From positions 10,022,390 through 10,086,389 of the forward strand of contig CM082580.2 of NCBI GenBank assembly GCA_040954595.2: a stretch of 64,000 bases of DNA, given 5' to 3'. Shown in pieces: positions 47,901 through 59,300 of the stretch. Made by a program: the position numbers and the translations under genes. Positions within the stretch are counted from its first letter, which is position 1, and the number at the start of each line of letters is the position of its first letter. A model generated the notes under the pieces. It did not search any database, was not told the origin of the DNA, and saw nothing but the letters and a program-made list of their open reading frames with translations. Source of the DNA: Balanoglossus misakiensis. Taxonomy: Eukaryota > Animalia > Hemichordata.

Positions 47901-48237
47901 GCCAGCTGCAAAGGAAGAAGAATCGACAAGCACGGACAAAACCGAACCGGAAGGTGCAACGCAACCGGAGGATGACACTGCAGCGACAGAGCCAACCCAA
48001 GCAGATCAGGCAAAGCCCTCTGTTGACGGCAGCAAAGAGGCTGGTGATCAACCCGAGGGCACAGACTCGCTTCAGCAAACAGAATCCGAGCAGGCAGAGT
48101 CGACAGGCACAGATAAAGCTGAGCCAGAGAGTCCATCGCAATCAAAGGATGATAGCGAAGCTGCCGAACCTTCCCAAACAGACCAATCCGCGCCCTCTGG
48201 TGACGGAAGCCCAGAGGGCGGTGACCGGCCCCAGTAA
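44973..48237 (+). CDS. Type I membrane protein C (about 512 aa) with WBP1/VOPP1 (Shisa-like) Cys-rich ectodomain and Glu/Pro/Gln-rich tail
   Basis: Exons 44973-45047 (MDGSGSKPPLIVLLVCLTLPLLFLE), 45431-45462 (VNCQACDSDD), 46340-46402 (SCARHEYCHNGTCQSYNCTAE), 46594-46668 (RCNEHTQYCCDDNRCCTHWYYEWWVW), 46944-48237 (LLIVIGGIVVFVAFAAVFYYGSKLCRK...). 1539 nt in frame. C..YCC....CC...YYE.WW.W before the TM matches the WBP1/VOPP1 signature. Confidence 0.83.
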
Positions 48238-50454
48238 CCGACCACACGGGTAAAAAAAAGTTGTCCGCGAACAGAAATATTTGTACAGATCGAAGAAACT
48301 GGGGGCAAAGATGATACTGGGACACAAGAGAGATAATATCACTTGAATAACCGACAAAATGCAATAATCAAAATTCGTAATTAAGCAAAAATAACAGTGG
48401 TTGTCAGCTGTTCCGACTAGTGCAAACCACAAGATGAAATGTCACGTGATTTACAGGGCAGAAAGAGTGGCATTAGTGTCGCACAATAGTATCAAAGCTC
48501 TAGTAAAACAATATACTGCCGAAGACTAGTGTGTAAACTCTCCTAAGTAATCCATTATCATCACTTTTACATAGGCGTAGTTTATCGCTCCCGATTCAAT
48601 GCAGCAACGAGCAGAATTTGCTATTGTATGGTTGACATTGGGGAAAAATCGGTAGTTTTGAGCACAAACTGAAATATTTGAAATAAATTTAGTTATTTCG
48701 TATTTCGCTTTGCAAATAATAATTTGCTTTAAACATAATGTTAACGACACGTATGACATGTATGTACCCGGACAACCCGTCACAATGTTGTCCTATTTTG
48801 TATTAGCGACATCAGACGGAATAACTCAAAATGCCAATAAGATACCAAATGTTACAGACGAAGTTTCTGTCAAGCAAATTGTGATTAAGTTATGTAACGT
48901 CGTTTTTAATATATTTAGTCCTTTTTGATACTTTAGGCAATCACACGTACTATTTTTGATTTTCCCAGTTTTGGATATACATGTAGGTTAGATTTTATAA
49001 TGATGATTATATTTTGTAATGAATGAAGTAAGACTACGCAACAAATGAAGTGTTGTAAGCTTGAATTGATGGCTTGATTTGCAGTTTGAAAATTGTTGTA
49101 TATGATTTGTATTTTTGTGTATTTTTTTCTGAAATGATTCACATCAGCGAAGATTTATTAATGTTAATAACCTAGGAGTGTTTCAGTAGAAGTATGATTG
49201 CCTTATATTCTTTTAAATACAAACATACAAGTCAGGAATGTTTCTTATTAAATACAAATGCATCTGGTGCTTTTTACACAACCGTGGTTAGAATTTTTTG
49301 AATGACATTTTCACGCACATAGTAGTAGTCCACCGACGGCAGTATTCTTCATTTAGTGTACAGGGGAACGATAAATCTGTGGGCAGTAGTTTCATTGGCG
49401 AAATCACATTTCATACACTGTAGTTAGGGGCGATCTGGTGAAGGTTTTTGAAGTTGCACTTTTTCCCATCTTCATCAACGTATTTGGACTTCAAACGCTC
49501 AGGTATATACGTGTCCAATGACAATCTCAAACGCCCCAGATTGCTCAAATATATATAAACCGCTCTCTTACCTCTCACACACCACAGCATGATGCTTGAA
49601 TATGAGCCGTGGTAAGTAGGCACATTTGTAAATGAGTATTCAGTTCGCAAAATACTTGTGCGCGATCCACAACAGGAGTTCAGCACATCCGACGAATAGA
49701 GCGAGGAGGAACAATTCCCCTGCTAACATCATGACTTTTGTTAATAATGCTTTCAGTACGAAGGAGACCAGCCATACACCCTAGACTCCAGGTTTATGAC
49801 TATAACGAATATAGAATTATAGTGCATCTGTGCGGGCATGTGGGTACCATATGGTCACCGTGACAGGTGCAGTGGTTTTATCTGGCAAAGTGGTCAAACT
49901 GGGTCGGTTCTCGGATTATGGAATCATTTTACTCTTTCAGCGGGAGGTTGCTCCTTACTTAGAAAGGCCGGTTAAAAAGCAAGCAATCTTATCACTTGCC
50001 AGTGGCAGTCACGATGATATTTCCTCTGGACACGCCGTATACCCGGAGTACGGATCAGTTCACATTGATATACGTCGCCTGTGATGACTATAAATACCTT
50101 TACGTTTACATGAAGTAAACATGATGGCGCGTCAACTAAATTTGACGCCATTATTCAATCGACATAGTTTCAAGGTTTGATCACCGAGAAAAAACAACAT
50201 CCCACAGAAAACATCTAAAATAGGAAGCACAAAAATATGAGATGCCAGATGGTCAACAGGTGTTCTGGAGAACCCACAGCGAAATATTTTATCGTGTTCA
50301 CCCGCAGAGTGGTGTTTATTCATGATATTCTGTTGAATGCATGACGCATTGTAAATGGATTAAAATAAGTCACGATTGGAATAATGATGTCAGACACACA
50401 TTCACTCCAATCTCTATAAATGTTATGGGCGATGTGGTCTGCATGGAGCGCCTT

Positions 50455-52405
50455 CTAGTAGACTTCACAGTTTGCCGAGCTGTACTGCGTACAGACGCTG
50501 TCGCTGGTCGTTTCGGTGTAACCTTTGGCCTTGGTAAGTTCAGCACCTGCAAAGATAAATAGTTTCAAAGAAAATCAAATTCCGGCTGTGGATTCAATTT
50601 CTCAAAATTCGCCCAAAATCTAACATCACCACCAAAACCAGCGTCGATTGGGTCCAAGGAAGTGAGCACACAATTTTACCGATTTAAAGGCCCATGTTTG
50701 TTCCCGTGGGCATTTCTAGTAGCTTACCTTCGATTAAATTGTACATATTGCAATAGTTGGTCCCATAGTCCAAAACAGCATACCATACGTTAGACGAAGA
50801 GTAGCCCTGTAGAGTGGAGGAAAATATTGGTTTTATAAAGAAGTTTGGAAGAACGGACGGAAAGAGCCAGAACACGACTTAGAGGATTCAACAAAAGACC
50901 GAGCATCTCCATCAGACATAAACCAGATTGGTAAACATGCATCAGTTCACCACCGTATATGTAAATGATCATACCTGTGATTTGCATGTCTCGCCGGAAT
51001 CAGTGAAGTTGAATGTAAATGTGTCCACGTATTTCTTCACAGGTGTTGTGTGTGTTCCTCTGATAAAAGTGGTGTTGGAGTAGATCAGCTGCAAAATTAC
51101 CAACAAATAAATCAACATGCGTCTTTGTTCACGGCTGTAAAGGTCTATGTTAGACTGCAGTCACAAAAAAAAAAGCTGTCGGTAAAACCAGGGAAAAGTT
51201 TGATAGTTCTCAATGATTCCGGACTACATACCGCATAAAGGCATTTTTCACCGCCACCTTCACAGTTTTCTGGACCCTTCCACTTTTCCATCTGGGTGAG
51301 GATCAGTGCGCTGACTTGTTTGCACGGTAAACCAAATGTCCTGTAGTCACACGAGTGTACCGTTATGTGAAAGAAAATGAAAGGAAGCATGATTAGATGT
51401 CGCTGACCACTGTAAAGTACATGAAGTACCATCGTATGGCATCGTCTAGCGTAGTGTTCTGACATGTCTGCAACCTACCATTCCAGGCTGCATGATGCAT
51501 GGAGAGGGTATGGGCTTTCTGTTGCCGGATTTGGCGATGCAGATTCAAGATCGCTTTGCAGGATCCCCGCGGGCACCCCACACCCGAGTTTGATATAACA
51601 GAACACAAAGATGACCATCAGCTTTTTCGCCATCATGATGTTTTGTCAGCGCATTGGATGATGACGCTGGTGGATAAATGATGCTTTGCAACTGTCCTAC
51701 CACATTTGTACCCTATGAATTAATTGGGCGAGCGGATGGTCGTCCAGACGACAGGTGGCAAATGACAGAATGAACACAACCGGGGGGGGGGGGGGGTATT
51801 CCCACTATATATTTTCAAACGGGGGTGTGCGGCCTAAGTTGAAAACATCAACCAATGTGAACTAAACAAACTGACCCATTGTTAGCGATTTCTAGTCAAA
51901 ATCGGGGATATCTTCTGGCCATTTGCTGTTGTTCTGTTGCATGTGAAGGTTTTTCATAAGCACATGGCTGTATCTAATGTTATCGACCAATGGTCAGTTT
52001 TTTTCGGATGAATGAACGATACTAGGTACATACCCGTAAACACTTTAGTGGGAGTGTCCCGGGGGTGTGCAACCTAACACTAAGACCATGACTCAGTTCC
52101 GTATACGAGGCTTTCACAGTTCGTGGTGATTAATACAGCCCCCCCCCTTCTCCCTCCCAATACACGGGTTGACCATGGTTCGAACACGCTAGCATGCATG
52201 CTGATGCTGCATCTTCGGAACCTGCATGAAGAGATCAAAGTACGTTGACCTTGCAACAGGCCTATGAGCTCTGCGTGCTGAAATGCCACTAAACTACAAC
52301 TTACCATTTGACTTCGCATGATGCATGTAGCGGGTTGGGAATTCCATATACCACCACGGCACAGCCGAACAGAACCCCGAACACGACAGCCAATTTCACG
52401 AACAT
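50455..52405 (-). CDS. Secreted Cys-containing protein of unknown function, paralog D (about 164 aa)
   Basis: Exons 52405-52305, 51340-51232, 51088-50975, 50806-50728, 50546-50455. Signal peptide MFVKLAVVFGVLFGCAVVVYG, then PLHASCEVKW...WKGPENC.GGGEKCLY...HTTPVKKYVD...WYAVLDYGTNYCNMYNLI...CTQYSSANCEVY*. Confidence 0.88.
51780..52062. mobile_element. Probable degenerate MITE with G-rich imperfect TIRs in intron 1 of gene D
   Basis: Left end CCGG(G)nTATTCCCACTA...ACGGGGGTGTG. The reverse complement of the right end reads CCGGGACACTCCCACTA...ACGGGTATGT. No clear TSD. Confidence 0.5.
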
Positions 52406-53595
52406 TGTTTTTTTTAGGACGGAGGTTGCTTCCGGGGGTTGTTGCAGGCTCGATTTCGGGTAAAGTTTCGTAATGAAGACGGGTGCTGTCACATGCCTGC
52501 CATGTGACTTTTCTGCAGGCTGTTCCATTTTCAATCTACACTCGCTGAGATCGTCCGTATGATACGATCGATCGCAGGGCGGACATACAAGTCAAGACCT
52601 ACAACATTAAAATATACCACATCTCAAAATGATTTTTTTTATTATTTCTTTAAAGGCAACTTTATTAATTCCATGCTATGACAAGCAGTAACCACAGTAT
52701 GTACGTTTAGGATGGGACCATATTGCGCCCTCCAGCATAATCAACCACCTGTTGATTTGAACGCATTGTCTCAGGGACAGTTTCACTGTAGAACATGGAA
52801 GTTCGCCCAATCTGAATAAAGTCGGATATATACTAGTAGTTGGTTCTATCTTTACATTTGCTTGCTCTTTCACAGACAGTCTCATTCTTGTTTGATTCCT
52901 GTGGGAACTTCGGGCCTGATGCAGACTGGAACTTATACTCAAGCACAGCGCCAGCCAGTGGTAGAAACGGGGAAGGGGTCTGATTCCCTCGCATGTCCAT
53001 TCAGCATTTTGGCCATGAGAAGAATGTGAGCGATATAATGACAAATTCACACAGCACTCTCTCATTTATACAATTTCATGTGGACTTTTAATGGTATGGA
53101 ATTATCAATTATCAGGTGGGGTCACAGCAGGTCACTCTAGTGTTACAAACTCAGATTTCACGACAGTAAGTAATCTCAGGAATGTACAATGAATCACGAT
53201 GAACAAAACAGTGATCTGGCAACACATCTACATCCTTACACCGTGATGTTTCACAGAGCTTGGTAGCTGTTAGTTGTTTGCGTTCAGAGGGATTCGATTG
53301 TTCCTCTGATTCGATGTCACCACATTTGCATCAGCAACTCCAGGCATTTTACAAAAGTCAGTGACGATGCACTCTAACATGGAGTGGTCTCCTTGGTGAC
53401 TGACATTCAACATCCGGGTGTGGCAGAGATGTGAATGCCAAGAACTCTTGTCTTTCCACTGACAAGAGGAGTTTCTTTTCTACTTATACAATAAGTGTAA
53501 TTTGTAGGACACTACAATGAGCAAACGCTATCGACTGCCATTCAAATATCCCCTGGAGACTTGGGAACATTGCAGAATTCATAGTTCAAAGTTCA

Positions 53596-55062
53596 TCAGT
53601 AAACATCGCAGTTGGCTGATGTATACTGTGTGCATATTTTGTTCCTAGTGTCTTCTGTATATCCCGGTAGTTTGTCAAGACCAGCTCCTGAAAAAAACAC
53701 AGAAATGCATAAATGCTTTGAGATGACTACAATGACAGCATAACATTTAACTACACTGCGCTCACTCTTTGGGATAACAAACAATGTTAGATTATTTTTC
53801 AAGTTATAGAACATGCAAATAAAACTGGCCTGATGAAAGGAAATTTCTATAATTCTACACAATAACTCAAACTTTCTTAAAATAATATGCTTACCAGTTA
53901 TTATGTTGTGTAGATTACAGTAATTTGTTCCATAGTCCAACAACGCATACCAAATCCTGGACCTAGAAAACCCCTGTAGGAAGATGTATAGAAAACAGTT
54001 GATCAATCTTATACATAAAAGTACACTGAGATAAAAGCTTAGCAGACAAGTTCAGCTGCATAAATTGTTGCCTTCCTCATGGTCCCATCCCAACAATTAA
54101 TAAATCAGCGTTTCAATTGTTATTCTTGCGCTATATCATTTGTGGAACGTTGATTAGATTTGTATGGATAAAAGACAATAGGTGAACATCCATTCTTGAA
54201 AGATACACTGACCTTTACGTAACAGCTTGATTCATCGAGACATAGTTCAAAGGTCATGTCATCAATATACTTTTTCACTGGTGTTGTGTGTGTTGCTTCA
54301 ATATAAGTATCATTTTCATAAATAAGCTGAAAATGTCCAGGAGAAAAAACAGAGTTAGCTACCATCAGGTCGCAGTAAAACATACCAGTATATGCTAAAT
54401 TAACAGTGATGATCATGGCAATATGACTTTCATGAGTTTAAAGAAGCTAAGCAAAAGGTTGTTGAACTTTATGTGACTTCTGAACATGTAATTTATACCA
54501 TCGTAAGAAAAAGCTGGGTGTTGGTTCAGGAAAACTGAATGTGTTTTTATCAAAAGACTGGTACTAGTGGGCTATTGTGGTAGAAATTTTTGTTGCACTT
54601 CCCCCCCCCCCTTTTTTTTTACACCTACCTCGTACAAACATTTTTGTCCTCCACCTTGGCAGTTGTCAGGACCTTTCCATTCCTTGATCTGGTCAACTAT
54701 TTTCGATTTAATACGAGTGCAGTTCTCTTGAAATGACCTTTTTGACAAAACACAAAAGTGAACAGAAAGTTAATATCAGGCATTATCCAAGGAAAGTTAA
54801 TATATAGAAGGAATATACTACCTTAGAATAATGTTGGTAACCCATGTTTTCCTTTCGTGACGTTAAAATTAAAGAACACTTCCACAAATTATGAATCGCA
54901 TCCCCGCCTCTGAATGGAGCTGTCCCACGTTGTAGTTGTCAACCACGATCAAAGCTGAACTCACCAATTTATTTGACACTGGGCATGCCATGGATATGGC
55001 CACAACGAGTATCCAGTTCGAATCAACGCAACAAAACAGAAGAGGATAAATCCAGTCTTCAT
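53596..55062 (-). CDS. Secreted Cys-containing protein of unknown function, paralog E (about 163 aa)
   Basis: Exons 55062-54965, 54737-54629, 54326-54213, 53973-53895, 53687-53596. Exons 2-5 have the same lengths (109/114/79/92 nt) and phases as gene D. MKTGFILFCFVALIRTGYSLWPYPWHAQCQINW...WKGPDNCQGGGQKCLY...HTTPVKKYIDD...WYALLDYGTNYCNLHNII...CTQYTSANCDVY*. Confidence 0.88.
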
Positions 55063-55647
55063 GTTTAGACAATCACTCCCGATTCATTTCTCGTGCAATC
55101 GCATCTGCTGGTCGCACATTACCGGCGCATCATCGCAAATCAACTCGCCCGCTTAGCCTCTACATCGTATGATGATTTGACCTGTCCTCAGGTTGGCCTT
55201 TCTGGCTGTTGAATTGGTTGGTAGGCACCCCGGCGAGGACTCTATGACATCCTACGTCAGTTTAGCATGTCATTGAAATTTCAATTTCAATGGACCTCGT
55301 AAAAATTGCATTTTTTAAAATTATTGATAAAATTAAAAGTAGGCTTACGTTTCCCCTTAAAATTTGATTGATTGTTGAGACTTCAAACACTGGCAAAAGT
55401 GGGTACCAGTTTCAGTAACAGCCAATCACCTGATCGATGCTCGCGACAAAATATTGACCTTTAACCCAGTTCGGGTGTCGAAAACCATCTGGTTATTTCC
55501 CCCAAGTTTCTGTTTGTGAACATAGTAAATTAACGAATTTTATTTTATTTCATACGTGTACAAATAAAAAGACAAACAAATGTTAACATTTACTTCGTTT
55601 TAGAGAAAAATTGTCGCGGTATGAATAATTAATATTGAGGGCGCTCT

Positions 55648-55675
55648 GGTACTTAGCAACCATTCCAATATGGCG
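55648..55675 (+). promoter_or_regulatory. RFX-like site plus YY1-like motif in the divergent gene E / CFAP69 promoter
   Basis: GGTACTTAGCAAC (55648-55660, canonical TAGCAAC RFX half-site) followed by AATATGGCG (55667-55675), about 370 bp upstream of the CFAP69 ATG. Confidence 0.45.
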
Positions 55676-56034
55676 ACTGTTTAGAAGAATACTATCATCA
55701 AAAAGTGAAGGATACCCAAAGATTTGACGGAGTTTGGTACTCTTCAAACATCATTTTTACATTCTTGAAGGGGTAAAGTGTGTATCTTTGAACCCTTAAC
55801 TGTGAGCGAGTTCTGACATTTGAAGTACCAATATTTTGGAGTGTTTGTTACATTGTTTACATGCACTGGTTGGGCGACCGACTGGCACTGAACAACAAGC
55901 CCAGCCTGGTTGCCGATCGTCGCAAGTTTACCATATTTAAACACATTGGGAGTTTGGGATGTGCCTTTGAGCAACAGTACCGAACCAAGCAGTATACTTC
56001 AAACACTGACATTTGAAGAAGTGCTAATTGCAAG

Positions 56035-56289
56035 ATGGCTACCCAGCTGCAGACGAAGCCCACGATCCCGTTGGTTGGGCATATCATCACCGACGAGGAA
56101 ATGGGTATCCAGCAGGTAAATTTGTGTATAAATTTGTCATTAAGAAAAGACATGTCTTGATTTTTCTCTCTCTGTGAAATGTTGATACATTTGTACATAC
56201 AGGCGGCCTTTCCTCTTACACTTTTACAATAAATATTTGATGTCACTGGGTGATAGGTTGATGATGGGTGGTGATGGTGGTGGTGGTCG

Positions 56290-56335
<46 letters not shown>

Positions 56336-59300
56336 CCATTTTTGTATTGTTTGCAGGGCACAAAGCTACAGGTTGTAAACCTTGGAAGAACAGTCAAACT
56401 TCTCACAGATCCTCATTCTGTAAGTACCATTCATGTCTTTAATGAGTATTTTTTCTGGGTAGAGTGTGGTGATCAGGCAGTGTAATGTATGCAAGTCATT
56501 TCTGGGTTATTCGGCCTGAAATCAAGCTGTACTACTACAAGAGTTGCAGAAAGTGAACAATCTTTATTTTTCATGCAATAATGTGTCTCTGTTCTTTCTA
56601 TACTTTTTCTTTCAACAGTCAAGCATGTATGAGAGACATCTCCACTCCATGTGGAAACTTATCAGACACTACAAAAACGGATTTGTATCCTTTACAAATA
56701 TGACACACAATTTATTAAGCAACTGCTGAGGTTCTATTATTTTCCCAAAATTAAAGAGCATTACTGTTAATCAATTCCGGACTTATTTAATTGTGTGATG
56801 ACACTTCACTTACTGTATTATAACTTACTCATTTTTGAAAGAGAAGACCTCTAATGAACCAATACATGTAACACTGCAGTGCAGACATTGTGGTTTCCTT
56901 AACACAGTTCACCAGCTTATGAAAGATTTAGTTCAGGTCTTCAAGATATTAAACGTGTGTGCAGACCGAGTAGATGAACATTCGGAGTACGTGGCACCTA
57001 TGTGTGAAATCTTGAAGATTTGCAGGTGGGTGCTCTCAGTGCAGTTCAATAATGGGGACAGCTGCCAAGCCTATCGCATGCATTGGTTAGACCACTTCGC
57101 ATGTCAAAGCTGTCAGGTTGCCACCTTGTAATATTCATTCATTAATAAAGTTTAGGAAATGACATCCTTCTTCATTGTATTAAATTTCTTTCATTTTTTT
57201 TTCACGCAGTTTACCATTTTTGAAAGAGAAATCGTCTGATGAAACAGCGTATGCGCAGATTGCTGTGGAATCCATTTCTCAATTAGGTAAGCACTGAAGT
57301 CGCCACATGTTTGAGCTTATCCATGTATTTGAGTGTGTGTGTCCCCATTACATGACATCTTTAATATATTGTATGTAAAACATGGCAGTAGACAGTATCA
57401 TATAACCAATCATGTGTTCTTCCACTAGGTTACTTAATGAGGGTTCCCAGCAGCGAAGTCAGGTCCCAGATCTGCAAGTCACTCATCAGTTTCTACGCCG
57501 AGAAGGCATCGGAAAAATCCATCGTTGGACATAAACAGGCAACAGATGAATACAACAGAACTGTTATTGAAAACAGTGACATTGCAGAAACGTTAGTCAA
57601 GGTAACATACATGTACAGTAACGACTGCATCAAAATCCTTGACTTCAGTACAGTACCCTTTTGTAGATAAACAATTTACGAGTCGCTCTAAAATGGCATA
57701 AACGATTTTCCCTGTGCAGGCACTGGCATTGTTGGAGCATGACGCAGGCATCAAGCTAGAAGTCATGGACGTGCTTCAGAGACTGTCGTCAGCCTCGAAA
57801 ATCAACTGTGAGAAGATGTTGCAGGCAGAGGCTGCCAGCAAGATCTGTTGTCGGATGCTGGACCCCGACCCGAGTGGAAGGTAGGATTCATACAGTCGTT
57901 CATGGTGTGATCTTTCATATATCTCACTCACAGTGTAAACCCCCTGAGAACGCGTAGTGAAAACCACGTCTAGCCTTTTCCCGTTGACTCCCAGCCACAT
58001 CTCACCAGACAGATGGACATTCCTTATTCTTCCCAGGTTGCTTTTCCGCTCGGTGGAAATCCTGTGGAATCTTCTGGAAAAAGGAGACCAGAAGGAAGCA
58101 GCCAAACAGTTGAACAGCACAGACTGTATAAGGTAAGTCATAGCAAAGGGTATAGAATAATGTATAGAGACAGAGACTTGTTGTGTACATTTGTGTGTGT
58201 GAGAATTACTATTGTACCCCTGACAAATCACCCATGATGATTTCACATCTGTTTTCAGTTCACTGAGGGATGCCTTTTCTAACCTTATCATGCAAGGTTT
58301 CAGTCACTACAACAGACAGCTGAGGTGAGTGAAACAAAGACCCTGGTACAATGACTAGGAAACCCCATAACATTTACTGTGGTACTGCCCTGAACAAAAA
58401 CACTGGGAGCTGAAAAGTGGCAGATACATGTTGAAAGGTGTTTGATATTGCATTGACTTTTTGATGGGGAAAATAATGCAACTTTGATCTTCTTCCCGTA
58501 CAGAAACGATCTGTTGGTCATTGCAACCATGGTGGCTGAAGAATGTCCAGAAGCACCATTTATTGTAAGTGTTTTGTCATCTGTGAATTGCCCAACCCAT
58601 TTCTGTGTGAACATCTTCTGTGGTGATTTTTCTGTCAGCAAGTCATCCACTTTTTTGACTGATTGCATTGAAAATTTCTGCGTCCTTCTATCTTATCTCC
58701 ACATCCGAACTTGCCACATTTTGACCACTTGCATCTGCCTGCCACTTGCACCTTTCACATGCCATGTGTATTTTTGCATGGCCCCATATCTGATGGTGCA
58801 TTTCAGCGTGGCCCGTCACTTTTTGCCAACCTGCACGTTGCATCTGATTGTCAAATTGTGCAAACCATATTTGGCATTTCTTCACACTGCCTTCTGTACA
58901 ATCCCGACACTTGAGCCGGACACTTTGCAGTTTTTTCCCCCTTGCACCAGCGCTTGCATGCGTGCGTTACTTTCCCCATCTATCAGCAAACAATTTTAAT
59001 GCAATATTTTTTTCTAATTCCTCAAATTCACTTAACATCAGGGTCGATATATCGTTTTCTTGGTAAGACAGCAGTGGCACACAATGTAGTGTTCACAGAA
59101 TTTTTTGAAGTGGGAAGTGTATCACCTCTGTTCAGTGTTTGTACATGTATTCAGTTGTTAGAGTGATGAAAAAGTGTTCTTTTGTGAATGTAGGAATATA
59201 TATAGATCAAGTTATATTAGATACGTGTCTGCACCCACCACCAGCACAGAGATTTGTACACTTTGAAATTTTTGGCGACACATCACAGAGAAGAGTTTTT

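Noticed and set aside
47324-48364. 346-aa antisense ORF and 239-aa alternative-frame ORF over gene C
   Set aside because: Shadow frames expected from GC-rich low-complexity coding sequence; no domain-like content.
48238-50454. Possible additional gene between gene C and gene D
   Set aside because: Only short ORFs without recognisable motifs or a consistent splice chain.
55857-56363. 168-aa minus-strand ORF with a long poly-His tract
   Set aside because: It is the antisense reading of the intronic (GAT)n/(GGT)n microsatellite and overlaps CFAP69 exon 1.
58484-58999. 171-aa ORF in CFAP69
   Set aside because: A real 61-nt exon followed by read-through into intron sequence.
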